From the NCBI GenBank assembly GCA_032325415.1, contig GCA_032325415.1_4119.2: 45,695 nucleotides of DNA; one strand, 5' to 3'. This stretch comes from a phage. Below are positions 30,492-39,819 of the stretch, in pieces. Below the pieces are notes generated by a model. The model was given only the letters and a program-made list of their open reading frames with translations. It was not told where the DNA came from and searched no databases. The first letter of the stretch is position 1. Each line of letters starts with the position of its first letter. Both the position numbers and the translations under genes were made by a program.

Positions 30492-30792
30492 AATGATGTA
30501 TACCCCAGATATGATTTATGTTGAATTAGAAGATGATGACGATGGGTGGAATTTGATTTATTCAAGAAGTTCAGGTTGGTACATGGCACATTTAAATGAT
30601 TCGATAGTTACAGATTATTTTGTAGATTTCAATACATTATCCGATGAAGAATTGTTCCAACAGCAATTAGTGATTGACACGGGTGGTTATGATGTCTTAT
30701 TATTAAAAAAGATACAGAAAGCTGTTATTGATTTTAAGCCCATGATATGGCAAAGGAAATATTATGACCTCGAAGTACCGTACCAGCAATGA
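30481..30792 (+). CDS. family-B paralog (103 aa)
   Basis: Track ORF; LSDEELFQQQLVIDTGGYDVLLLKKIQ. Confidence 0.6.
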   Translation: MKYKMMYTPDMIYVELEDDDDGWNLIYSRSSGWYMAHLNDSIVTDYFVDFNTLSDEELFQQQLVIDTGGYDVLLLKKIQKAVIDFKPMIWQRKYYDLEVPYQQ

Positions 30793-31330
30793 AATTCAGT
30801 ACACCTACGCTAATGCAATCCTTATGGGACAAAAGTTAGCTTGTATTGTTGCAGCCTTATATAATGCCCAGAAATATCACAAGCGTCATTTCCACAAATG
30901 TATTGGTATTATTCCATCGAAGTACAATACATATATTGTGTGCACGAGTCATTTTGATAAACGATTCAATACACCTGATACCCCAAATTCCCGTAGTGTT
31001 ATTGGTCTTTTAGATTTCGCCCCTGGTGCTGTTATTGGAAAGAATGATTTAGAGTACGCATGGTATAATAAAAATTCCCCATTAGTAATGGTAACATATG
31101 ATAAAGAAACGAACAAAACAATAGAGTACAATACATATAAATCAGAGGAAGAATTTTTCCAAGGTTCATTGCTTGTACCAGTGCGTTTATTGTTTTATAA
31201 TGTCATAATGAGTACAGTACACAATAGTCCATTACACAAGAATCACAAAATTAATTTCAATTTTTGTGCTTATGCGATTGATGGTGTATATGAGTGTTTA
31301 ATGGAGGTATTGAGTTATGAAGCTGAATAA
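30764..31330 (+). CDS. family-B paralog (188 aa)
   Basis: Track ORF; SEEEFFQGSLLVPVRLL. Confidence 0.6.
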   Translation: MTSKYRTSNEIQYTYANAILMGQKLACIVAALYNAQKYHKRHFHKCIGIIPSKYNTYIVCTSHFDKRFNTPDTPNSRSVIGLLDFAPGAVIGKNDLEYAWYNKNSPLVMVTYDKETNKTIEYNTYKSEEEFFQGSLLVPVRLLFYNVIMSTVHNSPLHKNHKINFNFCAYAIDGVYECLMEVLSYEAE

Positions 31331-31658
31331 TACATTTGATATTAATAAGTTAAGAGAATGGTTTTATAGTATTGAAATTGAAGCCATCCCGTATCATAGA
31401 TATGAACAATATAATTTAACCAGTATTGATATCAGTGAGTTGTACGCGTATTATCAAAGTGCATTAGAGATGCATAAGTTATTTTTGAGTACAGATTTTG
31501 TTCTAAATTACAATTTTGAGGAATTTAATAATTATAATTTAGTACAGAAATATGTAGTAGCAAAGTACATGTACCTTCAAGGAATTACAAGTATAGTGGA
31601 ATTCAATACAGTCCTTGCTTTAGTTGAGGTAATTTTATGCAGTACATGTATGATTTAG
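31317..31658 (+). CDS. family-B-like paralog (113 aa), degenerate motif
   Basis: Track ORF; SELYAYYQSALEMHKLF. Confidence 0.5.
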   Translation: MKLNNTFDINKLREWFYSIEIEAIPYHRYEQYNLTSIDISELYAYYQSALEMHKLFLSTDFVLNYNFEEFNNYNLVQKYVVAKYMYLQGITSIVEFNTVLALVEVILCSTCMI

Positions 31659-32143
31659 AGTTCAGCTTAGATGCTGCATTTAAATATGTTCACAAGATAG
31701 AAACAATATACAGTACATTATGTGCAATAAAATCAGTAACAGAAGAGCTTGATGTTGGTGAAAGGTATCAGGTGTGGAATAATTCATTTTTTAATAAAGA
31801 ACATTCTGCGACGGTATTTTATATTTTAGCATTTAATCCCAGCAATTGTTACCCAGAGAAGCATGAACGTTATCCAAATGACGACATGTGGTTTGAGTAC
31901 AAAGAAGATGCTGATATGTCGTCAATTGAAGTTCCTGATGATTTTAATGCACAAGATTTAACAGAAGAGTGGTGGTTCCAGCAGAATTTAGTACATGATG
32001 ATATTGATTTATTTTTCTATATTGCATTTAAAATGCTTTATCACAACAATATAGTTAAAGAAAGTGTATCGTTTTCATGTCTATATATTGATGATTTGTA
32101 CAATGAAATTCAAATAAACATGCCCAGAACGCCTGTATCGTAA
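31637..32143 (+). CDS. family-B paralog (168 aa)
   Basis: Track ORF; LTEEWWFQQNLVHDDIDLFF. Confidence 0.6.
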   Translation: MQYMYDLEFSLDAAFKYVHKIETIYSTLCAIKSVTEELDVGERYQVWNNSFFNKEHSATVFYILAFNPSNCYPEKHERYPNDDMWFEYKEDADMSSIEVPDDFNAQDLTEEWWFQQNLVHDDIDLFFYIAFKMLYHNNIVKESVSFSCLYIDDLYNEIQINMPRTPVS

Positions 32144-32169
32144 GATATGGGCTTTTTTTCGTTTTGGTA

Positions 32170-32198
32170 TTGACATAGAAGACCAAAGCTGTTATCAT
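32170..32198 (+). promoter_or_regulatory. internal sigma70-like promoter within array
   Basis: -35 TTGACA 32170-32175, 17-bp spacer, -10 TATCAT 32193-32198; preceded by GCCCA...TGGGC hairpin plus T7 run (terminator-like). Confidence 0.45.
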
Positions 32199-32226
32199 GT
32201 GTATTCATTTTAAAGGAGAACATATA

Positions 32227-32739
32227 GTGAGTTTCATAATCCCAAGTACATACGAAGATGCATCAAGTGCAGTTCATAAGATTCATTATATTTTTAATTT
32301 AATTATTAGATCTGCAAAAATTAAAATGTATGCACCTCTTGTGACAAATAATCGAAATGAAGAAATTTTTATTAGCACAGACAAAATTATTTTTCCATAT
32401 TTCAATGAAGATAGATTGTGGTTCATACATTTAGCTGCATTACAAAAATATAAGATGTCAATTCGTAATAATTTGGTTATACCGTTATATCATCCAGATA
32501 TTGGAGAGGATGAGTATTTTCAGTACAGTACAGTACATCGCCATGAAGATATCTTTGTTGCTATGCTTATTGCTAAATTGAACACCGTTGATTTGGAGTA
32601 CCACAAATACAATAATAAATCATGTAAGATCATAATCCCTGCATTCATAGCTCTTTATGATTATGTGGTGCATAACAAAAAAGATGATACATATGCTTTC
32701 AATGAAGAGTATTTGGATTTTTTTAAGGATAACATATGA
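32227..32739 (+). CDS. family-B paralog (about 170 aa; GTG start, track start 32197)
   Basis: SD AAAGGAGAA precedes GTG 32227; motif IGEDEYFQYSTVHRHEDIFV. Confidence 0.55.
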   Translation: MSFIIPSTYEDASSAVHKIHYIFNLIIRSAKIKMYAPLVTNNRNEEIFISTDKIIFPYFNEDRLWFIHLAALQKYKMSIRNNLVIPLYHPDIGEDEYFQYSTVHRHEDIFVAMLIAKLNTVDLEYHKYNNKSCKIIIPAFIALYDYVVHNKKDDTYAFNEEYLDFFKDNI

Positions 32740-33275
32740 GCAGTACAACAGTATCAAAAGTACAGAAAGCAATGTCATTCAATGAAATTGGTACATTTAA
32801 AGATAAGATCATTGATTGCCTTGAATACATGATTTGTAGTAATATCGAAAGTATCGAGATATTTAACAAGACAAATCGCTCTTACCATATGATGTACATT
32901 GCAAACAATAATGGTATCATTCCATTTATTTCGGATAGTACAATATGGTACGCATGTGATACGAAAAAAACCACAATAGGTTTACATTTATTTGAGACAC
33001 ATTATGATCTAATTATTCCTGAACATTGTATGCAAGAAGAAGAATATTTTCAAATGCAATGTATACATTCACCATTAGTGTTGTTTAGTTTATATATTAT
33101 ACCTTATATCACCAAATGTGTTCATGACAATAAAGCTCCGTGGAATCATGAATTTGTATCGTTGAAGTTATTGTATAATGTATTAGTAGAATATTATGAT
33201 TACAGGCACAATGGTACAATCAGTGATGTATGGGATTTTGAATCGCTAAGGGTGAAAACATACACAGGTGAATGA
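32736..33275 (+). CDS. family-B paralog (179 aa)
   Basis: ATGA overlap; CMQEEEYFQMQCIHSPLVLF. Confidence 0.6.
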   Translation: MSSTTVSKVQKAMSFNEIGTFKDKIIDCLEYMICSNIESIEIFNKTNRSYHMMYIANNNGIIPFISDSTIWYACDTKKTTIGLHLFETHYDLIIPEHCMQEEEYFQMQCIHSPLVLFSLYIIPYITKCVHDNKAPWNHEFVSLKLLYNVLVEYYDYRHNGTISDVWDFESLRVKTYTGE

Positions 33276-33891
33276 TATGACCAGAATTAAAATGTATGAT
33301 TTGATGCAGTACAGTAAAATTGCCATTCCAGTGCTTAATAAAGTGCTGGATGCATTCATTGCCAAATACCCTGAGAATTCAGTGTTATGTATTCCATTTA
33401 GTGTTCCAGATAAAGATGATATATTCCAAGTGAATGTCAGTACACGTGGTATTACATTACAGCAGAAATACATGGATACGGAATATTATGGAATAAAGTT
33501 GGATTCAGTACAGGGTTCAAAATCAGCCTATGATTTTTTTGTTCCTAATAATATAGAGTCATGGGAAACAAACATTTCAAAGAAAGATGAAAATGATGTT
33601 CCTATTAGTGGTGTGTTCAACAATAAAGTTTTTTATTATTACGAAACCGACAAATTCCCTGAAGAGTTATATTACAATTCAGAAATGAATGAAGATGTAG
33701 ATGCATTCATGTTTCAATTATCTTTAGTACATGATATCATTGATGTTAAAGAGTTAAGAGCAGAAATCAATTTAGCTAAAGAGTTATCGGACATGCTGCC
33801 ACCGTTTAGTATGCTTTTTTGTGAAGGTGGTTATTTTTCAAAAGAAGTGTTTGAACATTTCGTAGATGTTGTAAAAGGGTTGGATATATAG
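33268..33891 (+). CDS. family-B paralog (207 aa)
   Basis: Track ORF; DVDAFMFQLSLVHDIIDVKELRAEI. Confidence 0.6.
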   Translation: MNDMTRIKMYDLMQYSKIAIPVLNKVLDAFIAKYPENSVLCIPFSVPDKDDIFQVNVSTRGITLQQKYMDTEYYGIKLDSVQGSKSAYDFFVPNNIESWETNISKKDENDVPISGVFNNKVFYYYETDKFPEELYYNSEMNEDVDAFMFQLSLVHDIIDVKELRAEINLAKELSDMLPPFSMLFCEGGYFSKEVFEHFVDVVKGLDI

Positions 33892-33892
33892 T

Positions 33893-34087
33893 ATGCTTAC
33901 AGTTGATGTTAAACAAAAATACCGTAAGTTTGATTGGTTCACCGACAGTTTCCAGCTTGAATTATTACATTTGAATATCTGTGAAACATTATGTGCAGAA
34001 ACACAAGATGAATTTGATGATAGAGTGATGAACATAGTAATGCTTTCTTGCTTTAAACATTTTGGTTATTTTTTCGGACAGAATTGA
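33893..34087 (+). CDS. hypothetical protein (64 aa)
   Basis: Track ORF within array. Confidence 0.45.
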   Translation: MLTVDVKQKYRKFDWFTDSFQLELLHLNICETLCAETQDEFDDRVMNIVMLSCFKHFGYFFGQN

Positions 34088-34095
34088 GGTAAAAA

Positions 34096-34611
34096 ATGCA
34101 TCAACACAAGCATCATTCATATGATTTTGCAATTAACATTATGAAGTTCATTCGAGCGTTGGAGGATGGGAAGCTTAGTCATAAGTACACCAAAGTGGGT
34201 GACAATTGGTTCAGAAATGATGATGAGTTCAGAAGTCATAAGATTGTTTACAGCAATAATTACAGTGCCAATTACCTACAAGATGTAGTGATGTGTTTTG
34301 AATACGTGTTGCAGTTCAGGGGTTCAATCCAGGATGAGTTGATGGAGCACATGTACATCAGATACCTTCCAATGCTCAAAGATGAAAATGTATTATTAAA
34401 TTCAATATACCAACGAGTTCGTGAAATTGAGTGCAGGGATATATTAGATACAGAAGAATCGTATTTCCAGCAATCCCTGATTTATGCACCTGATTTATTA
34501 CAGGTACATAATTTGTTTAATACATTACGTCAAAACATCAGTACAGACATATTTTTGTCATTATCGGATTATGATACATTTGTCAAAGATTTAGAGGAAA
34601 TAGGTTTATGA
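34096..34611 (+). CDS. family-B paralog (171 aa)
   Basis: SD GAGG then ATG 34096; LDTEESYFQQSLIYAPDLLQVHNLF. Confidence 0.6.
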   Translation: MHQHKHHSYDFAINIMKFIRALEDGKLSHKYTKVGDNWFRNDDEFRSHKIVYSNNYSANYLQDVVMCFEYVLQFRGSIQDELMEHMYIRYLPMLKDENVLLNSIYQRVREIECRDILDTEESYFQQSLIYAPDLLQVHNLFNTLRQNISTDIFLSLSDYDTFVKDLEEIGL

Positions 34612-34952
34612 GTCGATTTTCGGTTTATATAGTAAACGTCAGTAAAGATGGTAGTTTAATTGAATTTGATGTAGTTGATAACAATGATAATTCATATGGT
34701 ATTAAGGTACAGGACAATGATGTACAGTTCAGTACAAGGACAAATTTTGAGAATCCAGTCCAAGTTCCGAATTTCATAGAAGATGAAGCTGCACGATTCC
34801 AATACGAAACGGCATATGACAATGTACATATGCATATTATTATGCAACAGAGTTTAGTTCAATTAGTTCCTTTGTTCAGACAAAATATATATGTACATGA
34901 AGTGTCGATTAATGGCATTCAAAGTTCCGTTTTGTTCGGTACAAATATGTAA
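34608..34952 (+). CDS. family-B paralog (114 aa)
   Basis: ATGA overlap; EDEAARFQYETAYDNVHMHII. Confidence 0.55.
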   Translation: MSRFSVYIVNVSKDGSLIEFDVVDNNDNSYGIKVQDNDVQFSTRTNFENPVQVPNFIEDEAARFQYETAYDNVHMHIIMQQSLVQLVPLFRQNIYVHEVSINGIQSSVLFGTNM

Positions 34953-34962
34953 GGAAAGTACA

Positions 34963-35505
34963 ATGAGTTTATTAGATACATTAGAAAAAGACAGAAGTGC
35001 AATTAAGCGTTTAAAAGAGCAAGTACAAAAGATTGTATACAACGTTGATAAGTTTGAAGTCCCAGGAAGATTTGGTGATATTTCCCATACGGAGATCAAA
35101 TCCCTTAAGTCAGATTTGTTGATTAAAAATAAAAATGGGTTGATTTTAGTTTTGAGTTCAGATATGATGGGGGCAACACATAGTTATAATGCAGTATCGG
35201 TGCGTTCAGAGTGTGAAGGTATATATCTATCACAGGGTTTCAATAGCGAGACACAGGTTTGTTTTTGTGATGCAGTACATGACCCTATGAAGTTCACGAG
35301 AAGTGAAGCCCAAGCGTTATTAGAGCTATCAGACGAGAGTTTGTTTCAGTACAGTACAATGTATGACAATGATAAGCTTCGTTGTATGTACGCTGTAAAG
35401 CATTATACACAGGAGTTTTCTGGATTTGCATACCTTTTAGTTAGAACCAATACCAGATATATTGATATGTTAGAAGATTACATCGATAAAGTTGTTAATG
35501 TATGA
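34963..35505 (+). CDS. family-B paralog (180 aa; track start 34891)
   Basis: SD AAGGAAAG then ATG 34963; LSDESLFQYSTMYDNDKLRCMY. Confidence 0.6.
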   Translation: MSLLDTLEKDRSAIKRLKEQVQKIVYNVDKFEVPGRFGDISHTEIKSLKSDLLIKNKNGLILVLSSDMMGATHSYNAVSVRSECEGIYLSQGFNSETQVCFCDAVHDPMKFTRSEAQALLELSDESLFQYSTMYDNDKLRCMYAVKHYTQEFSGFAYLLVRTNTRYIDMLEDYIDKVVNV

Positions 35506-35687
35506 TGTATGATTATGTGATGGTATAATGCTGATGAAAGAGTTATTTGAAGATCAGTTCAATACATATGTGGATAATATTCTTTATTCCAGCCGTGCTA
35601 GTCAACGAGGAAATCGTGCTTACAATATAGATTACCTATTAGTGGTGCTGAGTTCACAGTACACCTACGCTGTACAGAGGACATATT

Positions 35688-35891
35688 ATGAATAATTTTA
35701 GAGATGTTGCTAAGGAGAAGTTCAAGTGCAGTTTAGATTTTGGGTTAAATGATTTTCTGACATGCACAATGTACAGGAATGATGATTATGAGCAATCCGT
35801 AATTTCGTTGCACAGATATTTCGAAATAATTTACGCAAGATATCTTAGAAGGTTAGAGGGAATAGGGGATTGGAATTATGATTACGTTTGA
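35688..35891 (+). CDS. hypothetical protein (67 aa)
   Basis: Track ORF; upstream gap holds a possible 56-aa ORF (35528..35698) sharing QYTYA with the 30764 gene. Confidence 0.45.
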   Translation: MNNFRDVAKEKFKCSLDFGLNDFLTCTMYRNDDYEQSVISLHRYFEIIYARYLRRLEGIGDWNYDYV

Positions 35892-36102
35892 AGAGCCGGA
35901 AGTGGCATATTGCTTTAGTGTGAAAGGTTTTGAATTCATGATGGATTCTATTTTGAAGGATACATATTTGGTTCAGATTGCAGTTGCAGATAATACAGAT
36001 AATGCATTACAGCGAGTATTGAATATATACGAGAGGACGAGTCGAAGGCTTTGTGCGATGAAAAGGATTGAAGAAATCAAGGTTTCTAGGCTGAATAAAT
36101 AG
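35878..36102 (+). CDS. hypothetical protein (74 aa)
   Basis: Track ORF, overlapping start. Confidence 0.45.
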   Translation: MITFEEPEVAYCFSVKGFEFMMDSILKDTYLVQIAVADNTDNALQRVLNIYERTSRRLCAMKRIEEIKVSRLNK

Positions 36103-36111
36103 AGACGTTTC

Positions 36112-36250
36112 ATTTTGACAGGCCGCAGGGGGGTCAAAAAAATTTCCGCTGAAAAACATGCTAAGGTATATGTTTAATATAAAGTTTTATATTGTGTTTT
36201 TCAGAGTACAGGGCATGTTTCCTGAAACAAAAAATACCCCGCCGCCGCAA
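36112..36250. repeat. imperfect inverted repeat with GC-rich arms flanking an AT-rich core, inside the AT-rich array
   Basis: GGCCGCAGGGGGGTCAAAAAAATTTCCGCTGAAAAACATGC versus GCATGTTTCCTGAAACAAAAAATACCCCGCCGCCGC (reverse-complement related); non-coding. Confidence 0.45.
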
Positions 36251-36299
36251 CGTGCTCCTTATATTGGAGTTTACCTTATTAATTATAGTAGAGATTAAG

Positions 36300-36677
36300 A
36301 TGGAAATAAAATATAATGAATTTTGTGCAAGGACATGGATGTACACTGGTGAGTTAGTTACGCACTCTAACTTATACAAGGGTGATTTAAACTACGCTAG
36401 GGACAAGATTTTAAAGTACTGGAATGCTGACTTTTATTTGATGGATTTTAGTACTGGGTTTAGGGGTAAAGCAACCGAGATGTTGGACTATACAGTACTT
36501 GATGATGCTGCACTGTTTCAGGAGGCATTAGTATTTGATAAGAAGTACATCTGTACATTAGAAGAGATGATTGAAATCCAGCGTAGAATTAAATGTATTC
36601 ACAGAGAATGTATAGACATCTGGTGCAGTACTGGTGAAGATGATTTTTGTAATCATTTCAATCTAGGGGAAGAGTGA
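36300..36677 (+). CDS. family-B paralog, B1 subgroup (125 aa; track start 36192)
   Basis: ATG 36300; LDDAALFQEALVFDKKYICTLEEMIEIQ; upstream part of the track ORF crosses the inverted-repeat region. Confidence 0.55.
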   Translation: MEIKYNEFCARTWMYTGELVTHSNLYKGDLNYARDKILKYWNADFYLMDFSTGFRGKATEMLDYTVLDDAALFQEALVFDKKYICTLEEMIEIQRRIKCIHRECIDIWCSTGEDDFCNHFNLGEE

Positions 36678-36838
36678 TGGAATTTGATTTTTTAATATCA
36701 GTACATTCTTTTAAGCACAGTTATCAGTACTTTTGTAATTTAAACAAAGGTGATTTGATTATGGATACAGATACAGAGGCTGTATACAGTTCTAATATTC
36801 TGTACAAATTCAGTACTAATCTGAAGGAGATTTTATGA
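36677..36838 (+). pseudogene. truncated duplicate of the N-terminus of the 37206 gene (53-aa ORF)
   Basis: MEFDFLISVHSFKHSYQYFCNLNKGDL is near-identical to the first 27 aa of 37206..37562, then diverges and stops; lacks the family-B motif. Confidence 0.45.
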
Positions 36839-37206
36839 AAAAAGAAATTAGAATTCAATTCGGTATGAGGAAAAAAGAGGTCATCTGTACACTGAATCAT
36901 GCGGTCGTGGAAAGCCTTGGTGGTGCATTACAAAAATTCTCCCATTTTGTTCTTGTACTATATGAAAATGGGTCTTTTAAAATCTTCACATATGATGATT
37001 CAAAAAATTACCGTAATGATTTTGTAAATCTGACAGTACTGTCAGAAGAGGAATTCTTTCAGGAAAGTACTGTCTGGAATTTACCAGGAGCACCAATTGA
37101 ATACGTCCGTGCTACACAGGCAGAAATGATCAAAGTAATGCAGAACTATCCAGAAGATTATATGACTAAGTTTCCTGAATCTATTTATGTAGAGGTTGAG
37201 TACTGA
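36835..37206 (+). CDS. family-B paralog (123 aa)
   Basis: SD GAAGGAGA then ATG 36835; LSEEEFFQESTVWNLPGAPIEYV. Confidence 0.6.
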   Translation: MKKEIRIQFGMRKKEVICTLNHAVVESLGGALQKFSHFVLVLYENGSFKIFTYDDSKNYRNDFVNLTVLSEEEFFQESTVWNLPGAPIEYVRATQAEMIKVMQNYPEDYMTKFPESIYVEVEY

Positions 37207-37562
37207 TGGAATTTGATTTTTTAATATCAGTACATACTTTCAAGCACAGTTATCAGTACTTTTGTAATTTAAACAAAGGTGATTTAATGCACAGTGCAAA
37301 TGAGTATATTCATTACACTCAGGGTAAATTTACATTCATTGATTACAGTTCATTACAGTATCCACACCAAGATATGCCGGACTATACATTAATGGATACC
37401 GCAGAACTATTCCAAGAATCATTAGTATTTGATAAGAAGTACTTGTGTACATTTGAAGAAGTTATTGCAATACAAAATGAAATGAAAGAGTATGCTGCTT
37501 TGCATAAACCCAATGCAAGTATTAATCAAGAATACAAATTCAATTTAGGAATTCAAGAATGA
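37206..37562 (+). CDS. family-B paralog, B1 subgroup (118 aa)
   Basis: Overlapping start; MDTAELFQESLVFDKKYLCTFEEVIAIQNEMK. Confidence 0.6.
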   Translation: MEFDFLISVHTFKHSYQYFCNLNKGDLMHSANEYIHYTQGKFTFIDYSSLQYPHQDMPDYTLMDTAELFQESLVFDKKYLCTFEEVIAIQNEMKEYAALHKPNASINQEYKFNLGIQE

Positions 37563-37918
37563 CATATGATTATTCTATGTACTATTATAAGTTACCTAAA
37601 GGATGGGACTTGTGCTGTAATCTTATTAAGGGCGACTCGGAACATGAGTTGAGTTTATATATGCATTACAAAGATTCTTGTTTTAAATTTATTCATGTAT
37701 CACATGACGACTATGACTATGAATCTGAGAGTCTTATAGATTATACAGTACTGGACGATGGTGAACTATTTCAGGCTGCATTAGTGTTTGATAAGAATAA
37801 GTACTCCTGTACATTTGAAGAAATGGTTTCTTTGCAAAATGAAATGAAGAGATTTGAAAAAGAAAACGTATTTAATCCATCCCCATCAAGAACGAATAAT
37901 TATTATTTCAATATATGA
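37559..37918 (+). CDS. family-B paralog, B1 subgroup (119 aa)
   Basis: ATGA overlap; LDDGELFQAALVFDKNKYSCTFEEMVSLQNEMK. Confidence 0.6.
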   Translation: MTYDYSMYYYKLPKGWDLCCNLIKGDSEHELSLYMHYKDSCFKFIHVSHDDYDYESESLIDYTVLDDGELFQAALVFDKNKYSCTFEEMVSLQNEMKRFEKENVFNPSPSRTNNYYFNI

Positions 37919-37927
37919 GATTATAAA

Positions 37928-38419
37928 ATGACATTACAGAGTGCATTGAAAGAAGCAAAGAAGATTCATGAGTACATGATTATGGCAAAAGAAGGTTCAG
38001 TTTACGGTGTTTTCAAAGACACAAGTACTCAATATTATGTACCGGATAACCTCCTTTATAATGACTGCTCAGATACAGAAACGTGTGTACTGGATACAGA
38101 AACGTGCATACTAGATACCGACCCTAATGATTATGAATGCTTCATTAATATGCATAATGAGTACATGGTCTATATTAATGATACAGATACCATCAACAGT
38201 ACTGACAGCGATTCCAATGACATTATAATTCCGAGTGAAGTACTGGAAGGTCCGTGGGATAGTGAAGAGTATTACTTCCAACAGAGTACTGTATATGATA
38301 ATGAAGTACTTGATGTTATTATAATTATGTGGTACTTTAAAAGTATTGGTTCTGGGAACTTCTATTTCGATTACAAATACGTAAAGAAAACTGTAGATAA
38401 CGGTATTAACAGGGGTTGA
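37928..38419 (+). CDS. family-B paralog, B2 subgroup (163 aa)
   Basis: N-terminus MTLQSALKEAKKIHEYMIM; C-terminus LEGPWDSEEYYFQQSTVYDNEVLDVIIIMWYFK; internal tandem repeat DTETCVLDTETCILDTD. Confidence 0.65.
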   Translation: MTLQSALKEAKKIHEYMIMAKEGSVYGVFKDTSTQYYVPDNLLYNDCSDTETCVLDTETCILDTDPNDYECFINMHNEYMVYINDTDTINSTDSDSNDIIIPSEVLEGPWDSEEYYFQQSTVYDNEVLDVIIIMWYFKSIGSGNFYFDYKYVKKTVDNGINRG

Positions 38420-38420
38420 A

Positions 38421-38891
38421 ATGAGTTTAGAAAGAGCATTAGAGATTGCGAAGTTAATTGATTTATGCAGCAAAGAAATTGTAGCAAATTGTCTTAATGG
38501 ATATCTATTCAAGGAAGGTAAATCATATTGTCGAATGAGATACGATGACAGTAGTGAGTACATTCACATGTATGAAGAAAACTTAGATTCTTCTGAAACA
38601 ACACTCAATGGGTGTGATGTTAATTTGGAAGATAATTACATGTACTTCTGTCGTGATGCTGATATTTTAATACAAGATTCTGACATTATATCTGGTGCAG
38701 CAGAGAAACATCTTCCGTATTCAGTACTGGATAATGACTGGGGAAGTGAAGAGTACTACTTCCAGCAGAATACTATCTACGAGGAAGATGTACTTGACAA
38801 GCTTGTCATTCTGTGGTACTTTAATAATACAGATTGTCCTAGCTTCTATTTGGACTTGGATCTACTACGAGTTATTAAAGAGGATATATGA
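38421..38891 (+). CDS. family-B paralog, B2 subgroup (156 aa)
   Basis: MSLERALEIAKLI ... LDNDWGSEEYYFQQNTIYEEDVLDKLVILWYF. Confidence 0.65.
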   Translation: MSLERALEIAKLIDLCSKEIVANCLNGYLFKEGKSYCRMRYDDSSEYIHMYEENLDSSETTLNGCDVNLEDNYMYFCRDADILIQDSDIISGAAEKHLPYSVLDNDWGSEEYYFQQNTIYEEDVLDKLVILWYFNNTDCPSFYLDLDLLRVIKEDI

Positions 38892-39331
38892 GTTTAGCAA
38901 GTGCACTTGAACTAGCACACAGAATACATCACTTCCACGATAACATAAAAAGTGGGTTCTATGGTGATAAAGTAAGTGCATTTGGTGATGAGTATTATCT
39001 ATCAGGTATAAAGACATACTCTGATGATATTTTACTTATGGGACAGGATAAAGACAATACTATACAGTACTCTTCATGTAGTCAATATACTAGTTTTTTT
39101 GTATATATTCCAGGTACTAAGATTACGTTTGACACATCAAATGCACCTGTTGACTTCGGGGTACTTGATGGCCCGTGGGGTACTGAAGAGTATTACTTCC
39201 AACAGAGTTTCATTTTTAACCAAGAAATGCTTGATTCCTTGGTTGTGTTGTGGTACTTTAAGGAATTGAATTTTGAACCATTCTTTCTTGACTGGGGAGC
39301 ATGTGAATATTTAAGTACAGGGGATTTGTAA
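38888..39331 (+). CDS. family-B paralog, B2 subgroup (147 aa)
   Basis: MSLASALELAHRIHH ... LDGPWGTEEYYFQQSFIFNQEMLDSLVVLWYFK. Confidence 0.65.
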   Translation: MSLASALELAHRIHHFHDNIKSGFYGDKVSAFGDEYYLSGIKTYSDDILLMGQDKDNTIQYSSCSQYTSFFVYIPGTKITFDTSNAPVDFGVLDGPWGTEEYYFQQSFIFNQEMLDSLVVLWYFKELNFEPFFLDWGACEYLSTGDL

Positions 39332-39819
39332 TGTCATTACAAAGTGCATTGAAAGAAGCAAAGAAGATTCATGAGTACATGATTATGGTACAGGAAGGTT
39401 CAGTACCAGGTGTATATAAAACATCTGATACTGAATTTTTTGTAAAAGACCGTGACGATTATGACGAGTCCGAGATATGTGCAGAAACATTAGTACTGCA
39501 CACTGATACTGGTGACAGTGATAACTGTGAATATCATATGTACAATCAGTACATTAGTTATTGCCGTAATGAAGATATTACCATCTACAACACAGATAGT
39601 GATGCTGATGACACTATCATTCCTTATTCAGTACTGGAAGGTCCGTGGGATAGTGAAGAGTATTACTTCCAGAATACTACGTTGTACAATGAAGAAGAAT
39701 TAGATGTTATTGTAATTATGTGGTATTTCAAAAGTATTGACTCCAGTAGTTTCTATTTTGATTATGAATATGTAGAGAATACTGTAGGAGAAGGTAATGT
39801 CATTACAAAGTGCTCTTGA
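39331..39819 (+). CDS. family-B paralog, B2 subgroup (162 aa)
   Basis: MSLQSALKEAKKIHEYMIM ... LEGPWDSEEYYFQNTTLYNEEELDVIVIMWYFK. Confidence 0.65.
   Translation: MSLQSALKEAKKIHEYMIMVQEGSVPGVYKTSDTEFFVKDRDDYDESEICAETLVLHTDTGDSDNCEYHMYNQYISYCRNEDITIYNTDSDADDTIIPYSVLEGPWDSEEYYFQNTTLYNEEELDVIVIMWYFKSIDSSSFYFDYEYVENTVGEGNVITKCS

Noticed and set aside
35528-35698. Possible 56-aa ORF in the 35505-35688 gap
   Set aside because: It overlaps the start of 35688..35891 and has no clear SD; the shared QYTYA stretch with the 30764 gene may reflect a paralog remnant rather than a functional gene. Not listed as a feature.
38111-38563. Minus-strand 150-aa ORF and several alternative-frame ORFs inside array genes (29347..29556, 38695..38910, 39024..39269, 39512..39703, 44728..44928, 45165..45371)
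   Set aside because: AT-rich sequence gives long chance ORFs; these lack the family motifs and overlap genes that carry them.
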